From Candidatus Staskawiczbacteria bacterium (lineage in GTDB: Bacteria > Patescibacteriota > Minisyncoccia > Minisyncoccales > Staskawiczbacteraceae): a stretch of DNA of 64,000 nucleotides. Under the pieces are notes generated by a model. That model was not told where the DNA came from. It did not search any database and was given only the letters and a program-made list of their open reading frames with translations. The stretch is from positions 597,395 to 661,394 of the forward strand of contig JAHFKV010000001.1 of NCBI GenBank assembly GCA_023245155.1, read 5' to 3'. The translations under genes and the position numbers were made by a program. Positions 44,029 to 53,909 of the stretch are shown here, one piece after another. The stretch's first letter is position 1; each line of letters starts with the position of its first letter.

Positions 44029-44706
44029 TTACTTATCAAATTTATCTCCTTTATATATCCAAACCTTAATTCCAATGGCTCCGTAGGTGCAATTAGCTTC
44101 ATCTTGGGCGTAATCAATATCGGCCCGAATAGTTCCTAAAGGCATACGGCCCTGCTTTAACCATTCAGCCCGGGCAATTTCCGTTCCATTCAATCTTCCT
44201 GAAACCCGCATTTTAATGCCTTTCACCTCTTTATTTTGCATAGTTCGCTCCATGTTACGTTTTAATACCTGCCGGAAAGGAATCCTTTTTTCAAGTTGCT
44301 GGGCGGCCATTTGGGCAACCAAGGCCGCTGAAGTCCATGGATTCTTGATTTCTTTAATGTCTATTTTAATCTGGCGTTCTTTGGCTTTTTTATCAGCATT
44401 CTTTTTTGTCAAAAATGCGCCCTGTAATTCCTTTTCTATTTCTTTCTTTAATATTTCCACCCCTTCTCCACCCCGGCCGATAATCAAACCGGGCCTGGCT
44501 GACTCAATAATAATATTGATTTTGCTGGCGGAATGCTCTATTTCAATATTGGCAACGGAAGCTTCAGCCAGTTTTTCGCGTAAAAAGTCTTTAATCAAAA
44601 AATCCTCCTGCAGATAATTCGGCATATTGCTACCGTAAAAACCGCGGATATTGAAATCCTCCATGCCCTTAATTCTAAATGCTTTTGGGTGAACTTTATG
44701 TGTCAT
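44029..44706 (-). CDS. rpsC: 30S ribosomal protein S3
   Basis: KVHPKAFRI...LIIGRGGEGVE (KH domain)...RVSGRLNGTEIAR. Confidence 0.9.
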   Translation of the reverse strand: MTHKVHPKAFRIKGMEDFNIRGFYGSNMPNYLQEDFLIKDFLREKLAEASVANIEIEHSASKINIIIESARPGLIIGRGGEGVEILKKEIEKELQGAFLTKKNADKKAKERQIKIDIKEIKNPWTSAALVAQMAAQQLEKRIPFRQVLKRNMERTMQNKEVKGIKMRVSGRLNGTEIARAEWLKQGRMPLGTIRADIDYAQDEANCTYGAIGIKVWIYKGDKFDK

Positions 44707-44707
44707 G

Positions 44708-45088
44708 TTATTTGTTCTTGGATTTTCTTATTTTCGGTTGAGAGGTTTGGGTTTTGGGTTTCTCTGACAATGTCAGGGCGATATGACTGGTTCTTTTCAT
44801 AATGGGGTAAGCCCGGCCGCGGCTCATAGGAAAACTGCGTTTCATTTTTGGGCCTTCGTCAACGGTAATTTTTGAAATATATAAATGCGATTCTTGTAAT
44901 TTTAAATCATTGACGGCACTTGCTATCGCGCTATCTAAAAGCTTTGATACGGAACCGGCAGTTTTATTAATGGTAAACTGCAGTACATTTTTAGCATCCT
45001 GGATATTTTTATTTCTTACCAAATCAACCACTAACCGGGCTTTTCTTGGTGCAACTCGTAAATTATTTAATTGAACAGTAATATCCAT
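44708..45088 (-). CDS. rplV: 50S ribosomal protein L22
   Basis: LRVAPRKARLVVDLVRNKN...DEGPKMKR..PMSRGRAYPIMKRTSHI. Confidence 0.9.
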   Translation of the reverse strand: MDITVQLNNLRVAPRKARLVVDLVRNKNIQDAKNVLQFTINKTAGSVSKLLDSAIASAVNDLKLQESHLYISKITVDEGPKMKRSFPMSRGRAYPIMKRTSHIALTLSEKPKTQTSQPKIRKSKNK

Positions 45089-45097
45089 GGTTGTGGG

Positions 45098-45436
45098 CTA
45101 CTTATTAGCAGCAGGCTTTGTTGCCGTTTCTATTTTAGTGGTTTCTTTTTGGGCGGCTCCCGCTTCTAAGTCTCTCTGCATTTTTCCTCCATGGCGGTGG
45201 AATTTAGTGGTTGCGGAAAACTCTCCTAATTTGTGTCCCACCATATCTTCGGCAACCAACACGGGAATAAATTCTTTTCCATTATGAACACCAAAAGTAA
45301 AGCCCACCATTTCCGGTGAAATGGATGAATGTCGTGCCCAGGTTTTAATAACTACCTTTTCGTCTTTACGGAGTTTTAAAACCTTTCCCAGTAATCTTTG
45401 GTCCACGAATGGGCCTTTTCTTAAACTTCTGCTCAT
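45098..45436 (-). CDS. rpsS: 30S ribosomal protein S19
   Basis: [12 protein letters not shown]...[17 protein letters not shown]. Confidence 0.9.
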   Translation of the reverse strand: MSRSLRKGPFVDQRLLGKVLKLRKDEKVVIKTWARHSSISPEMVGFTFGVHNGKEFIPVLVAEDMVGHKLGEFSATTKFHRHGGKMQRDLEAGAAQKETTKIETATKPAANK

Positions 45437-45438
45437 AA

Positions 45439-46272
45439 TTATTTGTTTTTCTTTCTGCGGCTAATAATGAATTTGCTGGTCCATTTTTTCCGGTTTCTAG
45501 TTTTTACCCCCAGTGCGGGTAAACCCCAAGGCGTTTTTGGGTGTTTTAATCCAATGGGCTGGCGACCTTCTCCTCCTCCATGCGGATGGTCAACCGGGTT
45601 CATAGCACTTCCCCGTACATGTGGCCTTCTGCCTTTCAAGCGTGATTTTCCTGCCTTCCCAATCCGGTAATAGCGGTTTTCCTGGTTGGAAACCATGCCA
45701 ATCGTAGCAAAGCATTCTCCTGGAACCCTCCTCACTTCTGTTGATGGCATTTTTAAGTTGGTGTATCCATGTTCTTGGGCTAACACTTGGGCCGAGGAAC
45801 CTGCTGAACGCACCATTTTCCCTCCGCGGCCGGGATCTAATTCCACATTATACACATTCGTTCCCACCGGTACATGCTTTAATCTAATCCGATTGCCCGG
45901 GGTTAAGGGGGCCGCTTCTGCAAACACTACACTGTCACCCACTTTCAAATCTTGCGGGGCAATAATATATTGGCGGCTCATATCAGAATATTCAATCAAG
46001 GCAATAAATCCAGTCCGGTTTGGATCATATTCCAATGCAATCACGTTAGCAGGAGCATTCATTTTAGTTTGAGCGAATTCAATCACCCGATACAGCTTCT
46101 TTACTCCCCCTCCCTTATGGCGGGTGGTAATTCTACCGGAAGCTTTTGACCGGCCATTACTCCTGCGCCAAGCCACCAACAGGCTTTTCTGGGCCCGTTT
46201 TTTCGTAAGCAAAGAGAAATCAATTCCCGTCATACCTCTTCGCCCCGCAGTTGTGGGTTTGTACGTTTTCAT
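45439..46272 (-). CDS. rplB: 50S ribosomal protein L2
   Basis: [23 protein letters not shown]. Confidence 0.9.
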   Translation of the reverse strand: MKTYKPTTAGRRGMTGIDFSLLTKKRAQKSLLVAWRRSNGRSKASGRITTRHKGGGVKKLYRVIEFAQTKMNAPANVIALEYDPNRTGFIALIEYSDMSRQYIIAPQDLKVGDSVVFAEAAPLTPGNRIRLKHVPVGTNVYNVELDPGRGGKMVRSAGSSAQVLAQEHGYTNLKMPSTEVRRVPGECFATIGMVSNQENRYYRIGKAGKSRLKGRRPHVRGSAMNPVDHPHGGGEGRQPIGLKHPKTPWGLPALGVKTRNRKKWTSKFIISRRKKNK

Positions 46273-46275
46273 GGT

Positions 46276-46689
46276 TTAAAATACTTCAATTTTCTGGCCT
46301 TCTTTAATCGTAACCAGGGCTTTTTTATATCCTTTTTTAAAACCTTCCGTTTTTCCTAATCTCCTTTTTTTGGCGGGAATGGTAATGATATTAACCGCCA
46401 AAACATCTACTCCGTAAATTCCTTCAATAGATTTTTTAATTTCCAGTTTGTTGGAGCGGTCATACACTTTAAACGCATATTTATTTTTTTCGCCCAAAAT
46501 GTTTCCTTTTTCAGAAATGTGGGGGCCTTTTACGATTTCATAGGAAAAGCCTTCGCTCCGTAGTAAATTTTTGTCTGTTGGCGAAGTTTCTTTTTTTTCA
46601 ACTTTTTTTACAGGCAAAAACTTCTCGGCTTTCTTTTCCTTTGCCTTTTCTTTTTCCTTTTTATTTTTTAGAAAGTCTAGTAATGCCAT
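46276..46689 (-). CDS. rplW: 50S ribosomal protein L23 (about 40-aa Lys-rich N-terminal extension)
   Basis: YEIVKGPHISEKG...YAFKVYDRSNKLEIKKSIEGIYGV. Confidence 0.85.
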   Translation of the reverse strand: MALLDFLKNKKEKEKAKEKKAEKFLPVKKVEKKETSPTDKNLLRSEGFSYEIVKGPHISEKGNILGEKNKYAFKVYDRSNKLEIKKSIEGIYGVDVLAVNIITIPAKKRRLGKTEGFKKGYKKALVTIKEGQKIEVF

Positions 46690-46690
46690 A

Positions 46691-47320
46691 TTACTTTGTA
46701 AATGTTTTTTCTATTTCTTCAATGCCATCCTTGGAAATCACTACATATTTGTAATTCAACAAATTCACTACATTCAAGTTCCTGGTTTCAGAAGCTCCGG
46801 TTTTAACAATATTTCTGGCCGCTAAAAATACATTTTTATCACCATTATTATAGGCCACTAATCGGCTGGCCCTTCCGGCTGGCAATTTATTAATCATGGC
46901 CGCCATAGCTTTAGTTTTCGCTTTTTCCATATTAAGGCTATCAAGTACTACCAACAAATTATGTTTGGCTTTTTCTGAAAGTACCATAAGCAAGGCTTTC
47001 CGGCGCATTTTTTGGGGGATAATCCTTTCATAATTTTTATCATTGCGCGGGCCACCAGAAACTCCCCCGCCCTTCCAAATGGGACTACGGGTAGATCCGT
47101 GCCTGGCGCGGCCGGTTCCCTTTTGCCGCCATGGCTTTCTTCCCCCTCCGCGCACTTCACCTCGGTTTTTAGTGTGGGCGGAAACTTGTCTGGCATTGGC
47201 GGTCTGAGAAATCATCACTTGGTGGACCAAGTCAGCGTTAAAGGGAACTTCAAAAACAGCTTTGGGTAAGCTTACTTCTCCCACCTCTTTCCCTTCCTGA
47301 TTGTAAACAGTCGTTTTCAT
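46691..47320 (-). CDS. rplD: 50S ribosomal protein L4
   Basis: EVRGGGRKPWRQKGTGRARHGSTRSPIWKGGG. Confidence 0.9.
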   Translation of the reverse strand: MKTTVYNQEGKEVGEVSLPKAVFEVPFNADLVHQVMISQTANARQVSAHTKNRGEVRGGGRKPWRQKGTGRARHGSTRSPIWKGGGVSGGPRNDKNYERIIPQKMRRKALLMVLSEKAKHNLLVVLDSLNMEKAKTKAMAAMINKLPAGRASRLVAYNNGDKNVFLAARNIVKTGASETRNLNVVNLLNYKYVVISKDGIEEIEKTFTK

Positions 47321-47330
47321 ATTCTACGTT

Positions 47331-47921
47331 CTAGCTTCTAATTTCTAGTAAGGTTCCCCGATGCCCCGGCACTGCGCCCTGCAAAGCAATCATATTATTG
47401 GCCGCGTCAATTTTAGCAATTTTCAAATTCTTTACGGTAACCCGCTCAAAGCCCATGCGTCCAGGCATTTTTCTTCCCTTAATGGTGTGTTGAGGGAAAC
47501 GCTGTCCGATAGATCCAATCGTCCTGGCTTCGTGCTTCATGCCGTGGCTGGCGTTCCGGCCATGAAACCCATGCCGTTTTACACCACCCTGGAACCCCTT
47601 CCCCTTTGAAGTGGCAATCACGTTCACCTTGTCGCCTTCGGTAAAAGCAGCAACGGTAATTTCATCTCCTACATTTGACTCAGTCATATCTCTTGCTTCT
47701 TTAATGTGGCGATATTCCTTGCCCTTCATGGATTTTTTAATCTTATTCTTTTTTTCAATTTTCACAAAACCTATTTGAAAAGCATCATATCCTTCTTTTG
47801 CTTTAGTTTTTTTCTGTAGTACCACGCAAGGCCCGGCGGCAATCAAAGTCACCGGAATGATATTCCCCTTTTGGTCAAACATTTGACTCATCTCGATTTT
47901 TTTTCCTAAAATAAACTTCAT
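47331..47921 (-). CDS. rplC: 50S ribosomal protein L3
   Basis: KGKGFQGGVKRHGF...PGRMGFERVTVKNLKI. Confidence 0.9.
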   Translation of the reverse strand: MKFILGKKIEMSQMFDQKGNIIPVTLIAAGPCVVLQKKTKAKEGYDAFQIGFVKIEKKNKIKKSMKGKEYRHIKEARDMTESNVGDEITVAAFTEGDKVNVIATSKGKGFQGGVKRHGFHGRNASHGMKHEARTIGSIGQRFPQHTIKGRKMPGRMGFERVTVKNLKIAKIDAANNMIALQGAVPGHRGTLLEIRS

Positions 47922-47936
47922 ATCATCACATTACTA

Positions 47937-47962
47937 AATAAAAATACGGGCCAGTTGCCCGT
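47937..47962 (-). terminator. terminator-like hairpin between rpsJ and rplC (possible attenuator)
   Basis: Minus strand reads ACGGGCaactgGCCCGT followed by ATTTTTATTT, inside a 111-nt gap in an otherwise tightly packed operon. Confidence 0.4.
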
Positions 47963-48032
47963 AGTATCGGCAACGTTGTTATTCCCTAAACAGTTAGAGA
48001 TAAGTTAACAATTGCATGTTGTTACTATACTA

Positions 48033-48410
48033 TTAAATTTTAATGGTAATGTCAACCCCGGAAGGCAAGTTCAGATCACGCAGCGCTTCAATAATGTCTT
48101 GGTTCGGGCTTAAAATATCCAGCATCCGCTTATGCACGCGCATCTCAAACTGTTCCCGGGCGTTCTTATGCACAAAGGTGGAACGGTTGACGGTGTATTT
48201 TAGAATCTCAGTTGGCAGCGGAACCGGACCTACTACTTCAACCCCGCCACGATTGGCAATGTCAATAATCTGGCGAACCGAACTGTCAATGATTTTGTGG
48301 TCATAGGCCTTCAGCTTAATCCGTAATTTTTGCAAAGAAACAGGCGCCTCCTCCTTTGAGGCGTCTGGTTTCTTCACCTTAGGTTTTGTAGTTGCTTTCT
48401 TAACGGACAT
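48033..48410 (-). CDS. rpsJ: 30S ribosomal protein S10 (N-terminally extended)
   Basis: [16 protein letters not shown]...GPVPLPT...FEMRVHKR. Confidence 0.9.
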   Translation of the reverse strand: MSVKKATTKPKVKKPDASKEEAPVSLQKLRIKLKAYDHKIIDSSVRQIIDIANRGGVEVVGPVPLPTEILKYTVNRSTFVHKNAREQFEMRVHKRMLDILSPNQDIIEALRDLNLPSGVDITIKI

Positions 48411-48412
48411 TG

Positions 48413-49606
48413 TTACTTGATAATCTTGGTTACCACTCCGGCTCCCACGGTTTTCCCTCCTTCCCGAATGGCAAACTTTCCCTTTTCTTCTAAAGCCACC
48501 GGTACAATCAATTTCACGGTCAAGTTAGCAGTGTCGCCTGGCATAACCATTTCTGTTCCTGCGGGTAAAGTTACGTCTCCGGTAATATCTGAAGTTCGGA
48601 TATACAATTGTGGCTTATACCCGGTAAAGAATGGGGTATGCCTTCCGCCTTCATCTTTTGAAAGCACATACACCTCCGCTTCAAATTCAGTGTGGGGCTT
48701 GATACTTCCTGGTTTGCACAATACCTGGCCGCGTTCAATGTCTTCTTTCTTCAAACCGCGGAGCAAAATACCAACATTATCTCCGGCTTGGCCTCTGTCC
48801 AAACTCTTTTGGAACATTTCCACGGAAACCACCACTGATTTCTGGGTGTCGCGAAGCCCAACAATCTCAACTTCATCATTAGCATTAATCACTCCGCGTT
48901 CAATACGCCCCGTAGCTACCGTTCCCCGGCCTTCAATGCTGAATACATCTTCAATGGCCATGGCGAAGGGCTTGTCCAACTCACGCACAGGTTCAGGAAT
49001 GTAATTATCACAAGCATCTAATAGTTCAATTACCGGCTTGGCAGCTGGATCATCTAAGGAAGTAGCTGCTAAAGCTTTAGTGGCAGATCCCCGGATAATA
49101 GGAGTTTCGTCTCCTGGGAAACCATACTTTTTCAAAAGTTCCCGTACTTCAGATTCCACCAAATCCAAAATTTCAGGGTCATCTACCATATCGCATTTGT
49201 TCATCCAAACTAACAACGAAGGCAAACCCACCTGCCGTGCCAAAAGAATGTGTTCTTTGGTTTGAGGCATAGGTCCGTCCGGAGCTGAAACCACTAAAAT
49301 TCCGCCGTCCATTTGGGCAGCTCCTGTAATCATGTTCTTAATGTAGTCAGCGTGTCCTGGACAGTCAATCAAGGCATAGTGCCTTTTTGGCGTTTCGCAT
49401 TCCAAGTGAGTAATAGAAATGGTTACTCCACGGGCTTTTTCTTCCGGAGACTTGTCAATATCATCAACGCCAGCGGCTGAGTGTTTCAAGCCGCGCAATC
49501 CAGTGATGTGCATGATTGCTGCTGAAGTGGTGGTTTTTCCATGGTCAACGTGGCCAATGGTACCAATGTTTACGTGTGGTTTTGTCCGTTCGAATTTGTC
49601 TGCCAT
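48413..49606 (-). CDS. tuf: elongation factor Tu
   Basis: [17 protein letters not shown] and NKCD G-motifs. 397 aa. Confidence 0.95.
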   Translation of the reverse strand: MADKFERTKPHVNIGTIGHVDHGKTTTSAAIMHITGLRGLKHSAAGVDDIDKSPEEKARGVTISITHLECETPKRHYALIDCPGHADYIKNMITGAAQMDGGILVVSAPDGPMPQTKEHILLARQVGLPSLLVWMNKCDMVDDPEILDLVESEVRELLKKYGFPGDETPIIRGSATKALAATSLDDPAAKPVIELLDACDNYIPEPVRELDKPFAMAIEDVFSIEGRGTVATGRIERGVINANDEVEIVGLRDTQKSVVVSVEMFQKSLDRGQAGDNVGILLRGLKKEDIERGQVLCKPGSIKPHTEFEAEVYVLSKDEGGRHTPFFTGYKPQLYIRTSDITGDVTLPAGTEMVMPGDTANLTVKLIVPVALEEKGKFAIREGGKTVGAGVVTKIIK

Positions 49607-49703
49607 AGCTTTTAAAAATGAGATTAATTAATTTTATTTATATTTTTATATTACAGATATTATATTATTACACCTTTAAAAATAAGTCAATTGGTATAGC
49701 AGC

Positions 49704-51782
49704 CTACTTCCCCCGGCTTTCGATAATCTGTGTTGCCACGTTATTAGGCACCACTTCATAATTGTTAAATTCCATAGTGAAACTTGCTCGACCTTCGGTG
49801 AGAGATCTTAAGGCTGTGGCATATCCAAACATTTCTGAAAGCGGAACCATCGCATCTAATACTTTCATGCCATTGCGCTCTTTAGTTTCTTCAATTTTAC
49901 CGCGCCTTGAAGACAAGTCAGAAATAACCGTTCCAAAAAAGTCTTCCGGGGTAATAACTTCGGTTTTCATAATCGGCTCTAAAATAACGGGCTTGGCGGC
50001 TTTAGCACCTTGCTGAACCGCCATAGAACCTGCGATTTTGAAAGCAAATTCTGAAGAGTCAACTTCGTGGAAGCTTCCGTCATACAACGTTACCTGCACG
50101 TCAACCATTGGGTAACCGGCAATAATTCCCTTATCCAAAGCTTCAATAATACCTTTTTCGGTAGGCTTGATAAATTCTTTGGGAATGGCTCCTCCTTTAA
50201 TTTCGTCAACGAATTCAAAACCCGCTCCCCGTTCACGCGGCGCCAAACGGATTTTCACATGGCCATACTGTCCCTTACCACCAGATTGCCTTGCATACTT
50301 TTCTTCGGCCTGCGATTCGGCGGTGATAGTTTCACGGTAGGCCACCTGCGGTTTTCCGAAGTTAGCATCCACATTAAATTCGCGGCGCAACCTGTCCTGA
50401 ATAATATCCAAATGCAACTCGCCCATGCCAGAAATAATCGTTTCGCCCGTTTCAATATCTTCTTTAATCCTGAACGTTGGATCTTCTTGGGTCAGCTTTC
50501 TGATAGAAGCGATCAGTTTTTCCTGGTCAGCTTTGGTTTTTGGCTCAACCCGCATGGAAATAACCGGTTCAGGGAAAGAAATCTTTTCCAATACAATCGG
50601 TTTTTGCATGTCACACAAGGTGTGACCGGTAACCGTGTTTTTCAAACCAACCGTGGCACCAATTTCCCCGGCATAAATGACATCCAGCTCTTCGCGGCTA
50701 TTTGACTTCATGCGCAAAATACGTGCGATCCGTTCTTGGTCACCCGTTACCGAATTCAACAAATACGTTCCCTTATTCAAAACTCCAGAATATACCCGAA
50801 AAAAAGTAAGCTGGCCAACGAATGGATCTGTGGCCACCTTAAAAACTAACGCGGAAAAGGGTTCGTCATCTGAGAATTTCCGTTCAATTTCGGCACCGGT
50901 TTTTGGATCGGTTCCTTTTACCAAACCAATATCCAATGGACTTGGAAGATAATCAATCACTGCATCCAAAATTAATTGGGTTCCCTTGTTTTTCAAAGCA
51001 GTTCCGCAAAATACCGGTACGAGCTTAAAGGCAAGGGTTGCTTTTCGCAAAGCTGCCATTAATTCTTCGCGGGAAATTACTTCCCCACCCAGCAATTTAT
51101 CGGTTAATTTTTCATCGCTGCCGGCAATCATGTCTACCATTTTTTCATGCCACTGTTTAGCTTTTTCTAAGACTTCATCTGGAATTTCTTTTTCCACCAC
51201 GTTTTGACCCATATCACCTTCATAGGAAAGCATTTTCATTTTCAGCAAATCAACCACGCCGGCAAAATCAGCTTCGGTGCCCACGGGAATGGTTATCGCC
51301 ACCGCGTTTTTGGTCAATTTATCATGGATGCTTTGGAAAGATTTTTCAAAGCTGGCACCCATTCTGTCTAATTTGTTAATAAAACAAATCCGAGGTGTGC
51401 CATATTTATCAGCTTGTCTCCAGACCGTTTCAGATTGGGGTTCTACGCCGGCTACGCCGTCAAACACCACGCAAGCGCCGTCCAACACGCGTAACGAACG
51501 CTGCACTTCAGCGGTAAAATCAATGTGGCCGGGAGTGTCAATCAAGTTCATTTGAATCCCCTTCCACTGCATGGTAATAGCGGCAGCAGTAATGGTAATA
51601 CCGCGTTCTCGTTCTTGGGGCATCCAGTCCATTACCGTGTCCCCTTCGTGCACTTCGCCGATTTTGTGGGAAACACCAGTATAAAACAAAAGCCGTTCAG
51701 ACACAGTCGTCTTACCGGCGTCAATGTGAGCAATAATTCCAAAGTTTCTAAGTTTTTCTAAAGGATGAGAACGATTAGCCAT
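49704..51782 (-). CDS. fusA: elongation factor G
   Basis: AHIDAGKTT, DTPGHIDF and NKLD. 692 aa. Confidence 0.95.
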   Translation of the reverse strand: MANRSHPLEKLRNFGIIAHIDAGKTTVSERLLFYTGVSHKIGEVHEGDTVMDWMPQERERGITITAAAITMQWKGIQMNLIDTPGHIDFTAEVQRSLRVLDGACVVFDGVAGVEPQSETVWRQADKYGTPRICFINKLDRMGASFEKSFQSIHDKLTKNAVAITIPVGTEADFAGVVDLLKMKMLSYEGDMGQNVVEKEIPDEVLEKAKQWHEKMVDMIAGSDEKLTDKLLGGEVISREELMAALRKATLAFKLVPVFCGTALKNKGTQLILDAVIDYLPSPLDIGLVKGTDPKTGAEIERKFSDDEPFSALVFKVATDPFVGQLTFFRVYSGVLNKGTYLLNSVTGDQERIARILRMKSNSREELDVIYAGEIGATVGLKNTVTGHTLCDMQKPIVLEKISFPEPVISMRVEPKTKADQEKLIASIRKLTQEDPTFRIKEDIETGETIISGMGELHLDIIQDRLRREFNVDANFGKPQVAYRETITAESQAEEKYARQSGGKGQYGHVKIRLAPRERGAGFEFVDEIKGGAIPKEFIKPTEKGIIEALDKGIIAGYPMVDVQVTLYDGSFHEVDSSEFAFKIAGSMAVQQGAKAAKPVILEPIMKTEVITPEDFFGTVISDLSSRRGKIEETKERNGMKVLDAMVPLSEMFGYATALRSLTEGRASFTMEFNNYEVVPNNVATQIIESRGK

Positions 51783-51793
51783 AATATCAGTAA

Positions 51794-52264
51794 TTATCTT
51801 GAACGAGCAAAATGGGCAAATGCTTTGTTGGCTTCTGCCATTCTATGCATGTCGTTCTTTTTCTTCATCGCGGCGCCTTCGTTGTTAGCTACATTCATAA
51901 TTTCTTGGGCCAATTTTTCTTGCATGGCTTTTCCTTTTCCTGAACGGGCGCCATCAATAATCCACTTTAAGGCTAAAAATATTTTTCGTTCCTGTCTTAC
52001 TTCCATGGGTACTTGATAGGTTGCTCCTCCAATTCTTTTTGGTTTCACTTCAAGCAAGGGCGAAGCATTTTCCACGGCCTGCTTAAAAACTTCCAAAGGC
52101 TCTTTCTTGGTTTTTTCTTTAATGGCATCAAAAGCACCATACACAATGTGCTGGGCTACGGTTTTCTTGCCACCCTGCATCACCTTATTAATCAGTTGCG
52201 CAACAGCAACTTCATTATAAACTGAATCCGGGGCAATATGATGTTTTTTAAAAGCTCGTCTCAT
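51794..52264 (-). CDS. rpsG: 30S ribosomal protein S7
   Basis: 156 aa. [15 protein letters not shown]...[16 protein letters not shown]. Confidence 0.9.
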   Translation of the reverse strand: MRRAFKKHHIAPDSVYNEVAVAQLINKVMQGGKKTVAQHIVYGAFDAIKEKTKKEPLEVFKQAVENASPLLEVKPKRIGGATYQVPMEVRQERKIFLALKWIIDGARSGKGKAMQEKLAQEIMNVANNEGAAMKKKNDMHRMAEANKAFAHFARSR

Positions 52265-52266
52265 AT

Positions 52267-52686
52267 TTACTTATCTTTTTTGGGCATTTTCGCTCCGTAT
52301 CTGCTTCTGCCCTGTTTTCTATTTTCCACTCCAGTGGTATCTAACACACCACGAACAATATGGTATCGTACTCCCGGCAAGTCCTTCACCCTGCCTCCGC
52401 GGATTAGCACCACGCTGTGTTCTTGCAAATTATGACCTTCTCCGGGAATGTAAGCAGTCACCTCCATGCCATTGGATAATTTAACCCTGGCTACTTTTCT
52501 TAAAGCAGAGTTCGGTTTTCTGGGAGTTTGGGTAAACACTTTCAAACAAACCCCCCGCTTAAATGGCGAGGGATAGGTTGATGGCCGGTTTTGCAACACA
52601 TTAAAACCGTAATGCAAAGCCACGCCTTTTTTCTTGGCCTTCACACCCTTGCGGGGGTTTTTAATTAATTGATGAATCGTTGGCAT
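52267..52686 (-). CDS. rpsL: 30S ribosomal protein S12
   Basis: MPTIHQLIK...[15 protein letters not shown]...[14 protein letters not shown]. Confidence 0.95.
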   Translation of the reverse strand: MPTIHQLIKNPRKGVKAKKKGVALHYGFNVLQNRPSTYPSPFKRGVCLKVFTQTPRKPNSALRKVARVKLSNGMEVTAYIPGEGHNLQEHSVVLIRGGRVKDLPGVRYHIVRGVLDTTGVENRKQGRSRYGAKMPKKDK

Positions 52687-52724
52687 TCTTTTTTAAAACA
52701 ATAAGCGCAAAGCGCTTGATAATA

Positions 52725-52753
52725 ACTTTAACAAAATATTAATCCTGTGTCAA
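52725..52753 (-). promoter_or_regulatory. rpsL (str operon) promoter TTGACA-N17-TAAAGT
   Basis: Minus strand reads TTGACAcaggattaatattttgtTAAAGT. This shows the native promoter type matches the cassette promoters. Confidence 0.5.
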
Positions 52754-52756
52754 CTA

Positions 52757-53377
52757 CTACATGCCCGTAATGATGTGGAAAATCAATCCCACTATGGGCT
52801 GAATGTATTGGATGCCGAAAAAAATGAAGAAGATCAGGATAAATAACCCATATTGGTGCATGAAAACTTTAAACTGGTTGAATTGGCTGGGCAGCAGGTC
52901 TAAAAAAATGTGTGACCCGTCCAGCGGGGGTATGGGCACTAAGTTAAAAACCGCCAGTAAAATATTAATCTGGACAACCAGTAGTAAAAATATTCCCAAC
53001 GGAGCAAAAAAGATGTTTTCAGGAAGAAAACGTAACACTAATCCGAATACCACTGCCAACCCCATGTTAGAAACCGGACCAGCCAATGCCACTTTCATAC
53101 TTCCCCACTTTTGGTCTCTTAAATTATAAGAATTAACGGGCACGGGTTTGGCCCAACCAAACACTGGTCCTTGTCCTGCCGTGGCCAACAATAATACCAG
53201 GGGCAGTATAATTGACCCGAACATGTCTAAGTGTTTTAGGGGGTTTAACGTAAGCCGGCCCTGATATTTTGCTGTTGGATCACCCAATGAATAAGCTACC
53301 GAACCATGGGAAACTTCATGGATAACTACCGAAAACAGCAAGATGATTAATGAAAAAATAGTTATAGCTATATCCAT
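52757..53377 (-). CDS. site-2 protease family (M50B) membrane metalloprotease, no PDZ
   Basis: HEVSHG...RLTLNPLKHLD...NLVPIPPLDGS. Confidence 0.75.
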   Translation of the reverse strand: MDIAITIFSLIILLFSVVIHEVSHGSVAYSLGDPTAKYQGRLTLNPLKHLDMFGSIILPLVLLLATAGQGPVFGWAKPVPVNSYNLRDQKWGSMKVALAGPVSNMGLAVVFGLVLRFLPENIFFAPLGIFLLLVVQINILLAVFNLVPIPPLDGSHIFLDLLPSQFNQFKVFMHQYGLFILIFFIFFGIQYIQPIVGLIFHIITGM

Positions 53378-53396
53378 AGATGTATAGTATCAGATG

Positions 53397-53425
53397 TTGC
53401 AAAATATAGGAAGATAGGGTAGGAT
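53397..53425 (+). promoter_or_regulatory. rpmB promoter TTGCAA-N17-TAGGAT
   Basis: Plus strand reads TTGCAAaatataggaagatagggTAGGAT. Confidence 0.4.
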
Positions 53426-53501
53426 ACATTCATTACAGAAAAGGTATCCAGCGTCCCGCTCAGCGGGACGAGTTTAATTTATTAACTTCGCTCATCGATT
53501 C

Positions 53502-53687
53502 ATGGCTTCAAAAATTTGTACAATCTGCGGTAAGAAATCTCAAATGGGTGGTTTTTACGTAAAATTACGCGGCAAGTTCAATCCCACTAAAAAAGTACGC
53601 AGGTACCCGAATTTGCAATGGACTCGCGTTGACGGCAAGCGGACGTTGGCTTGCGCCAAATGTATCAAAGCCCAAGCACGAGTATAG
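53502..53687 (+). CDS. rpmB: 50S ribosomal protein L28 (Zn-ribbon C+ form)
   Basis: MASKICTICGKK...RRYPNLQ...ACAKCIK. Confidence 0.85.
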   Translation: MASKICTICGKKSQMGGFYVKLRGKFNPTKKVRRYPNLQWTRVDGKRTLACAKCIKAQARV

Positions 53688-53692
53688 TGTTT

Positions 53693-53763
53693 CGGGGCAT
53701 CGTATAGAGGTAGTACGCATGGCTGGGGGTCATGTAGCCTGAGTTCGATTCTCAGTGCCCCGA
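53693..53763 (+). tRNA. tRNA-Pro (anticodon GGG)
   Basis: Hand fold: acceptor CGGGGCA/TGCCCCG, anticodon stem CATGG/TCATG, loop CTGGGGG, T-arm CTGAG-TTCGATT-CTCAG. Confidence 0.8.
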
Positions 53764-53780
53764 CAAAAACCAATCTTATC

Positions 53781-53808
53781 AAAAAAAGCGCTGCTCGGCG
53801 CTTTTTTT
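53781..53808. terminator. bidirectional hairpin after tRNA-Pro
   Basis: A7-GCGCtgctcgGCGC-T7. Confidence 0.65.
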
Positions 53809-53811
53809 GTA

Positions 53812-53840
53812 TTGAATTTCAAAAATAATACTGATAGGAT
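53812..53840 (+). promoter_or_regulatory. cassette G promoter TTGAAT-N17-TAGGAT
   Basis: Plus strand reads TTGAATttcaaaaataatactgaTAGGAT. Confidence 0.4.
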
Positions 53841-53909
53841 ACACTAACAATCGAGATCATCCATTGTTACCGCACCTACACAATCAAAACTTTTTGGGAA
53901 GGGGCACTC

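Noticed and set aside
7527-50705. Long ORFs antisense to well-supported genes (e.g. 7527..8081, 15284..15766, 20083..20673, 22092..22685, 27256..27801, 38795..39424, 42199..42849, 48417..49004, 50067..50705)
   Set aside because: These are shadow frames opposite conserved genes (ftsX, mreB, murA, rpoA, secY, rplE/rplX, tuf, fusA). Their translations are low-complexity, and they have no start context, promoter or terminator of their own.
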